64,000 nucleotides of DNA, taken from the IMG/VR virus record IMGVR_UViG_3300032007_000010. One strand, written 5' to 3'. Of this stretch, positions 1 to 8,539 are shown one piece after another; positions within the stretch are counted from its first letter, which is position 1, and every line of letters starts with the position of its first letter. This stretch comes from a virus (taxonomy: Duplodnaviria; Caudoviricetes). The position numbers were made by a program, and so were the translations under genes. A model generated the notes under the pieces. The model saw only the letters and a list, made by a program, of their open reading frames with translations, made no database searches and was not told the origin of the DNA.

Positions 1-831
1 CCTCCCACGGTTCTCATCGTGGATTCGGTCACACAGCTCACCCTCGAGGGTCTCGAGGAAGAGACCATGGACAATAAGGGCAAGGGCCTCTCCGATATCT
101 ACGAGTCAGCATCCAAGGGAATGGCCGGTGCCCAGCGTGCTAGAGTCATCGGTGCCCTGTACACACAGATGGTGGATGTGGCAAAGAAGTTCAACATCAT
201 CATCTTCTGCATCAATCACATCAACACCATGCCGGCGGTCATGGGCATTCCGGTCAAGGGTGCGAGATTCCTGCGCGGCGGTGAAACGATCTCGGGAGGA
301 GTCAAGCCGCTATATCTGCTCGCATCGCTCCTTCGCCTCGATGTGATCAAGTCCATCGGAGGAACATCGTCTTCGGCGGTCCAGATCGGAGATGGGATCA
401 AGGGACACATTGCACTCGCCGAATGGTCCAAGTGCAAGACGAATTCCAAGCGCAACAACTGCCACATGTGCTACACCGAGCAGAATGGATATGATCCACT
501 GCTGTCCACCCTCTGGCATGCCAAGGAGGTCGGAGATCTGCAGAAGAAGGGCAACTTTTACTATGTCGACAAGCATCCGGATCTTCCGTTCAACTTCAAG
601 AACTATGCGGATGTCTTCGCATCCAATCCGGAACTCTTCATGGCTCTCTACGACCAGACCAGAGAGCACGCAGCGAAGATGCTCGACAATCCGGATCATG
701 CGCTGGAGCAGTATAAGAAAGAGGTCAGCGCGGTGCGCGATGACATTCACGATGAGTACGAGGACGGTATCATGAGTCGTGGCGCCGCAATGGACATGGA
801 TGACATGTTCGCGACGCTGGTCAATGATTGA
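1..831 (+). CDS. recA: RecA/UvsX-like recombinase, C-terminal part (gene begins before window)
   Basis: Frame is open from base 1: PPTVLIVDSV (Walker B), RA..I helix, IFCINH, GG loop and KxK strand typical of the RecA core; acidic C-terminal tail. Confidence 0.8.
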   Translation, partial: PPTVLIVDSVTQLTLEGLEEETMDNKGKGLSDIYESASKGMAGAQRARVIGALYTQMVDVAKKFNIIIFCINHINTMPAVMGIPVKGARFLRGGETISGGVKPLYLLASLLRLDVIKSIGGTSSSAVQIGDGIKGHIALAEWSKCKTNSKRNNCHMCYTEQNGYDPLLSTLWHAKEVGDLQKKGNFYYVDKHPDLPFNFKNYADVFASNPELFMALYDQTREHAAKMLDNPDHALEQYKKEVSAVRDDIHDEYEDGIMSRGAAMDMDDMFATLVND

Positions 832-1187
832 TCGGAAGGACCTATACGATGATCACATTGAATATATCCGAGGAGTTTTCCGAAACTCCCGGCGGACGGT
901 TTATCTCCGACGGTCCCTTTTCTGGCGAGTTGTTCCGCGAGAACTTTTTATATCCCAGATATCTTGCGTCGCTGAAACACGATGATCAGCTCGAGATCAA
1001 CTTTGATGGGTGCTATGGGTTTGCGGCATGCTTTCTCGAGGAAGCCTTCGGTGGTCTTGTTCGAAAATATCACATCACCGGACTCCTCGATCGTCTACGC
1101 ATCATATCATCCGAGGACACAGACCTTCCGATCGATCTGCGTAGGTATGTTCTCGAGGCCGAAGAGGCGCTCTTGTACAGAGCATGA
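828..1187 (+). CDS. STAS-like DUF4325 family protein
   Basis: FSETPGGRFISDGPFSGELFRE and INFDG..GFAACFLEEAFGGL match the recalled DUF4325 pattern. Confidence 0.7.
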   Translation: MIGRTYTMITLNISEEFSETPGGRFISDGPFSGELFRENFLYPRYLASLKHDDQLEINFDGCYGFAACFLEEAFGGLVRKYHITGLLDRLRIISSEDTDLPIDLRRYVLEAEEALLYRA

Positions 1188-1193
1188 AGCAAC

Positions 1194-1217
1194 ATCCCCG
1201 GGTTAATTCCCGGGGAT
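1194..1217 (+). terminator. Stem-loop, probable terminator
   Basis: ATCCCCGGG-ttaatt-CCCGGGGAT directly after the stop. Confidence 0.6.
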
Positions 1218-1244
1218 CACGCTTCCATCGAAGAACGTTTGTCC

Positions 1245-1254
1245 ATATACTATA
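1245..1254 (+). promoter_or_regulatory. Class E (putative early) phage promoter ATATAYYATA
   Basis: ATATACTATA upstream of GAGGAGG; one of 15 intergenic copies. Confidence 0.7.
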
Positions 1255-1278
1255 CCAACGGAAGAGGAGGTATGGTAT

Positions 1279-1974
1279 ATGAAAATGATCACCACGGATC
1301 GTTGTGCTGAGATTTGTGTGCGTCTTGCGAATGAGTATCTCATGCCTGTGGCGTTGTCCACCATGGACGGGCAGGTTCCGTCCATGACATTGAAGGTCTA
1401 TCGTTCCGAGGAACGTGATGACTGGACCGCGACCGTTCGTCTCAAGAATTCACTCACCATCTCAACCTTCAACTGTGAGATCTATGTGCAGGAGATTCTG
1501 CAGCTCTGTCGTGCCTGTAAGCTCTGGCTCGTCACCGAGGAAGTTTTCACCGTGGTGGCGGCATTCTATGAACTCCATGGCATCTTTCAGCAGGTACACA
1601 TGAACTTCACCGACAATGTGGAGCGAGACTACGATTCCATGATGGCCGGTGCCGGACATTCGACCTATGAATTTATCCGAAGCCAGCGGAATCTCGACAC
1701 GCTCGAATCCTGTGTGCTGGATCTGGTGTTCTACCAATCCATGATCTTCACCAACAACTACAAATATGCTCCGAAGAATGCGATGGTCGGTGATCTCATC
1801 GTCGATGTGCAGACTCGTTATCGTGACATCATGCTGGAACAGCATCCCGAGGCATATCGCAGCGCCAGGCGCCAGAAAGCACAGAACTATCTCGTCGATG
1901 AGGAAGGCTTTATCCTCTTGGAACCCATCAATCGTCACGAGAATACCCAGTATTTTGGCAAGCTCGATGGCTAG
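1279..1974 (+). CDS. Hypothetical protein with C-terminal DEEGFILLEP motif
   Basis: Strong RBS, class E promoter, phage-like codon usage. Confidence 0.75.
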   Translation: MKMITTDRCAEICVRLANEYLMPVALSTMDGQVPSMTLKVYRSEERDDWTATVRLKNSLTISTFNCEIYVQEILQLCRACKLWLVTEEVFTVVAAFYELHGIFQQVHMNFTDNVERDYDSMMAGAGHSTYEFIRSQRNLDTLESCVLDLVFYQSMIFTNNYKYAPKNAMVGDLIVDVQTRYRDIMLEQHPEAYRSARRQKAQNYLVDEEGFILLEPINRHENTQYFGKLDG

Positions 1975-1976
1975 CT

Positions 1977-1986
1977 ATATATCATA
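1977..1986 (+). promoter_or_regulatory. Class E promoter
   Basis: ATATATCATA. Confidence 0.7.
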
Positions 1987-2018
1987 GTGACGAAGAAGTA
2001 AAACGAAGGAGGATCCAA

Positions 2019-2345
2019 ATGATGGATAAAAGGAGAAATTTTCGAGCCAGCGAACTCATCGCAGAGCTCGAGAAGTTTAAGAACGAATACGGCGACCTCG
2101 ATGTGGTCGCCTACATACCGCTCAAGGATCCTACGAGGTACGTTCCGATGAGTATCAACACCGTCGGAGTGCTGAAGCGTTACAACGGTACGAGCTTTGA
2201 TACGCTCGGATTTGGTCTCAGCCAGCGCATCGGTGATGACCAGGAGCAGAAAACCACAGAGAACCATGAGACAAAGAGTCAACGCACGAAGCTTGGAAAC
2301 ATTTTCAGGTCGCTCTTCGAACGAACGGGGAGACAGCAACAATGA
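2019..2345 (+). CDS. Hypothetical protein
   Basis: AGGAGG RBS, downstream of class E promoter. Confidence 0.7.
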   Translation: MMDKRRNFRASELIAELEKFKNEYGDLDVVAYIPLKDPTRYVPMSINTVGVLKRYNGTSFDTLGFGLSQRIGDDQEQKTTENHETKSQRTKLGNIFRSLFERTGRQQQ

Positions 2346-2388
2346 GACGAATGATAGCAATGTTGAACTAGACTAAGGAGTTGATAGG

Positions 2389-4431
2389 ATGAGCAACAAG
2401 AAGAAGATCATGCCCGAAATCGAGAGACAGGTACGAGCCCAGGATGCTAATCTATACTATCCAACGGATAGGCTTGGGCCAGGATCTGTCATGACCCAGC
2501 AATCGCACACAAATGCTTCTCGTTTGATAATGGAAAATCATCAAATGAGCGACTGCATCAACATCAAGGATCCGGAACCGCCACTGGTACCGACCGGCTT
2601 CGAAAATGTCATGGGACAGTATTCCTTCATGACCAAGCGGGCCGACGGTGACTACGTGATCGTTGCGATATTCAAGAAGAATCAGTACAATGCGGTATAC
2701 ATCGGCTATGATAAGAAGCATCACCACTATGATGCCTGGAAGCGTCAGGAGATAGAGGAACATTCCGAGGGTTTCTGCACTCGCTATGATAACTCATATC
2801 TCGATTCGCTAGAGGTTGGCGATAAGATCAAGAAGGGTGACTATGTGAAAACGTCGAACGCCTTCGACAAGTATCGCAACTATGCACTCGGAAAGAATCT
2901 GAACACCCTCTACATGGTCAGCGCCCAGAATCTCGAGGATGGCATCATGGTCATGAATGGTGCCGAAAACAAGATGAATGCATACCACTGCGAGACGCTC
3001 ACCATCGGTCTCGCCAACAATCAAATCCTCATCAACTGGTATGGCGATGATGACCACTATCAGGGCATTCCGCTCGTTGGCGAGAAGACCAAAAAGGGCA
3101 TTTTGGCTGTGATTCGGAGGATCGATCATAGCATCGCTCCCTATGCGCTCAAGAAGAAGCGTCTCCAGCACATGGAGCGGACCGACGAAAGACGCGTTGG
3201 CAATGGACGTGTCATAGATATCGACATCCGTTTCAATGGTCCCACCGATAAACTTCCGACCACCGGAGCGAATAAGATGCTCACCGAGCTGTATCTGGAG
3301 CAGCAGAAATACTATCGAAAGCTCTATGAGTATATGATCAACATCGCCAACACCGCCTACGAGAAGGGCGATACCTACTCCGACAACTTTAGCATCATCT
3401 GCGAAGAAGCGCACAAATATGTCGACGCAATCGGCTTCTTCGGAGACAACAGTGATTCCGTGTATTCTGCGGAGCAGATGAAGATCAGCATCACGCTGCT
3501 CGAGGAAGAGAAGATGATCGTCGGTTCCAAGATGGTCGGCCGCTATGGCGACAAGGGTGTCATATCCCGCGTCTATACACCCGAGGAATCGTGGCACATG
3601 GAGGATGGAACCCCCATCGAGCTGGTGGTTGCGACCCTCGGCATCGTCGGTCGACTGAATCAGTCCCAGATGAACGAGTGCAATATTACCGAGCTCAGCA
3701 ACACCGCGGTGGAGATGATGCGTGCCACCGGTGATCTCGACATGAAGCTTGCCATCGTGCATCGGCTCATGAAGTATCTGAACTCTGACGAGGCTGACGA
3801 TTTTCGAAGGTTCACGAGACACATGGACTCCTCCGAGAAGAAGAAGCTGTGCCGTCGCATCGAGCGCGAGGGTATCTTCATCGTGCAGGATCCCATTGAC
3901 AATGCCGACATGTTCCAGATCGGCAAGGCTTACAAGGATTTCCCGCCGAACTTCCAGCACGTGATCTTCCCCGACGGCGGCAAGTCCATGTACAAGGTGA
4001 TCTGCTCCAAGAAATTCTACATGCGACTCAAGCAGGATCCGAAGGAAAAGTATTCGGCAAGATCCAGGGGCCCCGTCAATCCCATCACCACATTGCCGGC
4101 AAAGTCCAACCAGAAGAAGCGTGGTCTCGAACCCGTGTCCGATGTTCCGGTTCGCATCGGTGAGTACGAGCAGGAGGTGCTCAATGGCATGACCAACCAC
4201 CCGAAGGTCTGTGCCGACTTCATCGTTGAGAATTCGACGTCCTTCGAGGCGAAGATGCGCATGGCCGAGCACCAATACCTCGGTGATCTCGACGAAGATC
4301 TCGACATCACTGGCATGGAGTTTTCGGGTCAGAAGAACATCGAGGCGATCGACGCCTACAACTACATGTTTGGCGCACGCATCCGCCTCGAGGTCGAGGA
4401 GGCGAAGCCCGGTGAGTATTTCACGGATTGA
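2389..4431 (+). CDS. rpoB: Phage multisubunit RNA polymerase beta subunit, C-terminal piece (probably non-virion RNAP)
   Basis: GKNL..Y...NLEDG, GSKMVGRYGDKGVIS (GDKxxGRHGNKG), GRLN, YMRLKQ..K.SARS.GP, RIGEYE (RxGEME). Confidence 0.9.
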   Translation: MSNKKKIMPEIERQVRAQDANLYYPTDRLGPGSVMTQQSHTNASRLIMENHQMSDCINIKDPEPPLVPTGFENVMGQYSFMTKRADGDYVIVAIFKKNQYNAVYIGYDKKHHHYDAWKRQEIEEHSEGFCTRYDNSYLDSLEVGDKIKKGDYVKTSNAFDKYRNYALGKNLNTLYMVSAQNLEDGIMVMNGAENKMNAYHCETLTIGLANNQILINWYGDDDHYQGIPLVGEKTKKGILAVIRRIDHSIAPYALKKKRLQHMERTDERRVGNGRVIDIDIRFNGPTDKLPTTGANKMLTELYLEQQKYYRKLYEYMINIANTAYEKGDTYSDNFSIICEEAHKYVDAIGFFGDNSDSVYSAEQMKISITLLEEEKMIVGSKMVGRYGDKGVISRVYTPEESWHMEDGTPIELVVATLGIVGRLNQSQMNECNITELSNTAVEMMRATGDLDMKLAIVHRLMKYLNSDEADDFRRFTRHMDSSEKKKLCRRIEREGIFIVQDPIDNADMFQIGKAYKDFPPNFQHVIFPDGGKSMYKVICSKKFYMRLKQDPKEKYSARSRGPVNPITTLPAKSNQKKRGLEPVSDVPVRIGEYEQEVLNGMTNHPKVCADFIVENSTSFEAKMRMAEHQYLGDLDEDLDITGMEFSGQKNIEAIDAYNYMFGARIRLEVEEAKPGEYFTD

Positions 4432-4732
4432 TCCGGTTCTCGATTTCGATGACGTCATGTGCTTTCTGCTCGATCCGAACAGCGATGTGAGCTTCGACGG
4501 CTGGGCGGTCATCGATGATGTGAGAAAGATCTGGAGCACCAGAGAGCATACCCTCGAGGTCTGTGATCTTGTGCAGAACTTGCTATTGCGTCTTCGAAAA
4601 GATTCACCGGAGGTCTTTGCCATCAGCGTTGGGCAATTTCGTGACTGGGATGGGATCGAGGACTTCTGGAACGAATATGGGTACATCGACTCCACCGGCG
4701 CCGAATGGCCGGTGCCGCGAGTCCGGCATTGA
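4412..4732 (+). CDS. Hypothetical protein (GTG start overlapping the RNAP gene end)
   Basis: GAGGAGG about 9 nt upstream of GTG 4412; ends just before a terminator. Confidence 0.55.
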   Translation: MSISRIDPVLDFDDVMCFLLDPNSDVSFDGWAVIDDVRKIWSTREHTLEVCDLVQNLLLRLRKDSPEVFAISVGQFRDWDGIEDFWNEYGYIDSTGAEWPVPRVRH

Positions 4733-4740
4733 ACAAACAC

Positions 4741-4765
4741 GAGGGGATCCGTCATGGATCCCCTC
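4741..4765 (+). terminator. Stem-loop terminator
   Basis: GAGGGGATCC-gtcat-GGATCCCCTC. Confidence 0.65.
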
Positions 4766-4797
4766 TCACATTTTATGAATAGAAAGGAATATGCACA

Positions 4798-5535
4798 ATG
4801 GCACCGAGAAAGAAAAAGAATCCTGCAATCGAAACCGAAATCGACAAGAGCGAGGAGAACAAGCAGATGCTTCCCGAGGCACCGGAGGAACTCACGCCGA
4901 GCGAATACTTCAACATCCTCAACGAGCACTCGGCGAAGGCCTCGTCCGAAACGTTGCAGAAACTCTACCAGAATACCATGAAACTCATGAAGAAATATCA
5001 GATCACGGGCCAGAAGAAGGGCGCGCTCAAGCTCTACAACTTTGCCAGACTCTGCGAGAAGGAGCTTCGCGTGCTCGACGCAGGCATCGACACCTATGTG
5101 GAGCGCCAGGACGTTGATGAGTATATCAGTAAGATCACCAAGAAGAGCGTTGTCATCATCGAGCTTGAGAACTATGAACGCGACATCCCGGATGACATCG
5201 TCGAGGAGATCGCACGGCTCAAGCAGAATAATATATTCGATGCATACTTCATAGTCTTCACCGACTACACCGGCAAGGAACGCAAGAAGGTCGAGGAGGA
5301 GAAGCGCGAGAAAGATCCGATTCTCTTTGGTGCGCTCAAGATCGGCGACCAGATCTCCACGAGACTATATCACATTGCATCCTGGGAGGATGAGTACTGC
5401 GATCTCACCCTCGATAAGATGGTCAAAGAATACGCCAAGAACCATGACAATGCAAACATGGAATCCAAGCTCAGTGACTTCGGGTCCCTCGATGAGTTCA
5501 AGAATTCCTTCAACGAGCATCTGGCGAACACATGA
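4798..5535 (+). CDS. Conserved phage hypothetical protein (DPILFG motif)
   Basis: RBS AAAGGA; 245 aa; KDPILFG...LYHIASWEDEYCDLT pattern. Confidence 0.75.
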   Translation: MAPRKKKNPAIETEIDKSEENKQMLPEAPEELTPSEYFNILNEHSAKASSETLQKLYQNTMKLMKKYQITGQKKGALKLYNFARLCEKELRVLDAGIDTYVERQDVDEYISKITKKSVVIIELENYERDIPDDIVEEIARLKQNNIFDAYFIVFTDYTGKERKKVEEEKREKDPILFGALKIGDQISTRLYHIASWEDEYCDLTLDKMVKEYAKNHDNANMESKLSDFGSLDEFKNSFNEHLANT

Positions 5536-6788
5536 AAATGAAAAGCAAGGGAATCGACGGGGATATCGATCTGACCGAAAATGGAACCTTTCGCAGAGGC
5601 GTTTGTTCACCGCTCACGTTGGATGAGCTCAAACCGGCAAAGCTTCCCTGGGATAGGAATGGGAAATATGCGAACAAGATCTCATATGACTTTGATTCGT
5701 ACGAGAGATTGTGGCTTGATACCAGCTATGAGGGCATCATTGAAAATATCAACAACAACCTCGTCTTTGATGGTGACGAAATCGAGTATGATGATCAATA
5801 TGACCAGGTTGCTGAGGTTCTGAGACGAATGCAAAAGAAACGTATCGAACGCGTGCGAGAATCCACAGATCCCGAAATGCTAAGATTGCTCAATCTTGAT
5901 CGAATCCACATCAAAGACGGGCGTGTTATCCATGATACGGATTCTCAATATGCTCGTAATGTTGGCTGGAAACCTGGCAAGACCTGGGCCCTCGCTAGCC
6001 TGACGTATTCTAGCACAACCGGTACTATTAGCCTAAACAATACAACCACTAGTACTAGCCTATACAACACTGTGTCAATATCGGTGCGTGACGGTGACGA
6101 CATTACTCCGACCATCTTTGGAACAACGAGGTTGACCGAAGACGAGTGGAAGGGAAGGACCTTGATCACGGGCAGAGGCGATCAGCTTCGCAGAAAGCTT
6201 GATCTATATGCATACATATCCGTCGTGCGTGACATGCTCGAAGCGCATCAATCTGCCGAGAATAGACGGAGCACCTGTGAGTGCTGTGGGAAACAGTTCG
6301 TATACACACCTAAGTGGGGCAAACTATCCCTTTGCCAGACCTGTGCATTCGCAGAAGAACTCAAGCTTACTCTCGACCACTTCGCTGTTTATCGACAACA
6401 TGCATGCATGAAAGACTTTGTCAAGCAGGATATGTCTGCTGAAAAATTTGATAAGCATCACAGCTTTGCGGAGATGGATCAGAGCTCATGGGCGAGTTGT
6501 CGTGAAGACAAGACCATTGACTATTTCTTCCAGGAGGTATACCGAGATCGCGGTATACATTTGCTTCGTCGTCCTCGCAATTCCCATGAACTGAGGGTGA
6601 ATCTTGACAATGGTGAATATGCGGACGAAGAAGATTACGTTCGTGGTTCGTCTGAGCTTACCTACGAAAAGGCGCATATTGATCGGCAAGATGGTTATGT
6701 GAGTGATTTAGTTACCTTACACACGATGCTAGGCGAGCCGACCATGCTAACTGGCAACATCACTGTCAACAGACATGGTTGGTTATGA
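5532..6788 (+). CDS. Hypothetical protein with CxxC...CxxC zinc finger
   Basis: CECCG...LCQTC; ATGA overlap with the upstream gene. Confidence 0.7.
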   Translation: MKMKSKGIDGDIDLTENGTFRRGVCSPLTLDELKPAKLPWDRNGKYANKISYDFDSYERLWLDTSYEGIIENINNNLVFDGDEIEYDDQYDQVAEVLRRMQKKRIERVRESTDPEMLRLLNLDRIHIKDGRVIHDTDSQYARNVGWKPGKTWALASLTYSSTTGTISLNNTTTSTSLYNTVSISVRDGDDITPTIFGTTRLTEDEWKGRTLITGRGDQLRRKLDLYAYISVVRDMLEAHQSAENRRSTCECCGKQFVYTPKWGKLSLCQTCAFAEELKLTLDHFAVYRQHACMKDFVKQDMSAEKFDKHHSFAEMDQSSWASCREDKTIDYFFQEVYRDRGIHLLRRPRNSHELRVNLDNGEYADEEDYVRGSSELTYEKAHIDRQDGYVSDLVTLHTMLGEPTMLTGNITVNRHGWL

Positions 6789-6795
6789 TCAAAGG

Positions 6796-6830
6796 AAAAC
6801 ACCCGGGATTTCTTCCCGGGTGTTTCTTTT
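6796..6830. terminator. Bidirectional terminator
   Basis: AAACACCCGGGA-tttct-TCCCGGGTGTTT plus T-run, between convergent genes. Confidence 0.75.
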
Positions 6831-6832
6831 TA

Positions 6833-7894
6833 TTATTGTGCAGACTCAAAGACGATATGGCTTTTGCAGCTAGCCACGGTGCAGGCCTCGGTGATGGCCT
6901 TGTGCACTGTCTGGATCAGAAAATGGGTCATGCCATTGAGATCCGAGATGTAGTTTTGCATGTCCCGTCGAATAACGTCGAGAGCTCTGAGAGTGGTCGT
7001 GTTCTGTCTTTTCACATACTCATCATCAACCTTGCCATGATACGAAGCAACGGCACGATTCAATGCTTCGGTGAGACGAGTGTCCAGCTTCTCGACCTCT
7101 CTGGTTGCCTCGGATATCGCTCGATCGAAGTTGTCGAGCTTGTTGACATGACGTTCCATGCCGCGCACATAGTCTATCAATTTGCTCTTGGAATCATAGC
7201 GATCGATGCGGTATTCACGGAGGGCATCGGCCACCGGACAACGATTCAGTGCCGGATAATGCCTTGAAAACTTCGCATCGAACCTATCCCAGTACTTGGA
7301 GCCGAATTCTCCGACATTCGGATCAAAGCCGAGATCCTTGAGCATGGCCTTGCGGTCGGCTTCGATTTCGTTTGAAAAATTGCTGAGCATGTCGTTGAAG
7401 TCATCGCTGCTCTTTCCGCTGCCGATGTCTGCCACCATGCGCTCGGCCTCATTGAATACACCATCGAAGTTCTTCGCATGGTTTCTGAGCACCGTTTCGG
7501 CGGTGCCGATGTAGTTTCCGAGCGCTTCGATGTCATAGCCATGATAGTCCTTGATCGTCATCTTCAGGAAGCCCTTGTTCTTGCCAGAGCTGTGATCGTT
7601 CACATATGCCTTGTCGAGCTGCGCCTCGATGTATTTGATGATGCGGCTGACAAACAATCTGGCTCTCCGGATGAATTCTGTGATGAAGCTGTGGATCTTG
7701 GCTATTGTCTCGCGAATATGGTAGGTTGTTTCCCTGGACTGGATGCTCATGGCCTCCAGAAGCGCATCCTGCACATCCATTCCGCATTCGGATTCTATCA
7801 GGAGCTCGCCGATGCGCACATTGATCGATTCGAGCACAACCTCCTGCGATTTTACCTGGGAGTAGTTCTCCCAGAGAAGTTCTCTATATTTCAT
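6833..7894 (-). CDS. Putative virion (head) protein
   Basis: AGGAGG RBS before ATG 7894; class L promoter at 7927-7937; N-terminal (L/V)xE-S/A motifs. Confidence 0.65.
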   Translation of the reverse strand: MKYRELLWENYSQVKSQEVVLESINVRIGELLIESECGMDVQDALLEAMSIQSRETTYHIRETIAKIHSFITEFIRRARLFVSRIIKYIEAQLDKAYVNDHSSGKNKGFLKMTIKDYHGYDIEALGNYIGTAETVLRNHAKNFDGVFNEAERMVADIGSGKSSDDFNDMLSNFSNEIEADRKAMLKDLGFDPNVGEFGSKYWDRFDAKFSRHYPALNRCPVADALREYRIDRYDSKSKLIDYVRGMERHVNKLDNFDRAISEATREVEKLDTRLTEALNRAVASYHGKVDDEYVKRQNTTTLRALDVIRRDMQNYISDLNGMTHFLIQTVHKAITEACTVASCKSHIVFESAQ

Positions 7895-7926
7895 TGGACG
7901 AATTCCTCCTGTTATGATTGATTCAT

Positions 7927-7937
7927 TATAATAATGT
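7927..7937 (-). promoter_or_regulatory. Class L (putative late) promoter ACA-N4-TATA
   Basis: ACA-TTAT-TATA on minus strand; one of 18 copies. Confidence 0.7.
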
Positions 7938-7961
7938 AACCCCCACAATTTCAAATGGTCT

Positions 7962-7971
7962 ATATATCATA
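7962..7971 (+). promoter_or_regulatory. Class E promoter
   Basis: ATATATCATA. Confidence 0.7.
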
Positions 7972-8001
7972 GTCATGAGTTGAACCGAGGAGGTAATAGA
8001 A

Positions 8002-8412
8002 ATGAAAGCAAAAACAGAAAATGACATCCTTCGCAAACTGAGCACCATCATCGGCATAGACATGACCCGGGTAACAACGACGCAGGTCGATACCGCGGTT
8101 CTCTTGCTGGCGAAGGATGTTTGCGAAGCCCTTGGAATCGAAGACAAGAATCAGAGGAAGAAGCTCCTCAAGAACTACGTACCGGATGAACACAGGACGC
8201 GGATGGAGTATGGCGGCGGAGAAAAGAAATCCGTCGCATGGCTCACGCTCGCCGGAGTCTATGATCTGGTGCTCTATGCGCCAATCGAAAATGCACAGAT
8301 CAAACGCTTCCGCTCAAGACAGAGCGAAGAGCTTGTGCAGATCAACCATCGTGACCTCGGAAAGGCCGTGGCCGCAAGGTTTACCAAACCGATCATCAAC
8401 AGGTTTCTGTGA
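8002..8412 (+). CDS. BRO-N domain DNA-binding protein
   Basis: LLAKDVCEALGI ... WLTLAGVYDLVL is the BRO-N pattern. Confidence 0.7.
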   Translation: MKAKTENDILRKLSTIIGIDMTRVTTTQVDTAVLLLAKDVCEALGIEDKNQRKKLLKNYVPDEHRTRMEYGGGEKKSVAWLTLAGVYDLVLYAPIENAQIKRFRSRQSEELVQINHRDLGKAVAARFTKPIINRFL

Positions 8413-8470
8413 AGAGCAATGACCTCGAACCTCTGAAGAAACGTTCGATCTGGACGTTTCTTTTTGGTCT

Positions 8471-8480
8471 ATATACTATA
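8471..8480 (+). promoter_or_regulatory. Class E promoter
   Basis: ATATACTATA after terminator hairpin 8437-8465. Confidence 0.7.
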
Positions 8481-8539
8481 AGCTGGAGACAATGAGGTAG
8501 CTACCATTTCTCACATATCTTCAAAGGAGGTTCGAACCA

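Noticed and set aside
2809-4929. Long antisense ORFs (also 8501-9985, 25352-26914, 37173-39422, 51083-52498)
   Set aside because: Shadows of strongly codon-biased sense genes; no RBS, promoter or recognisable motifs
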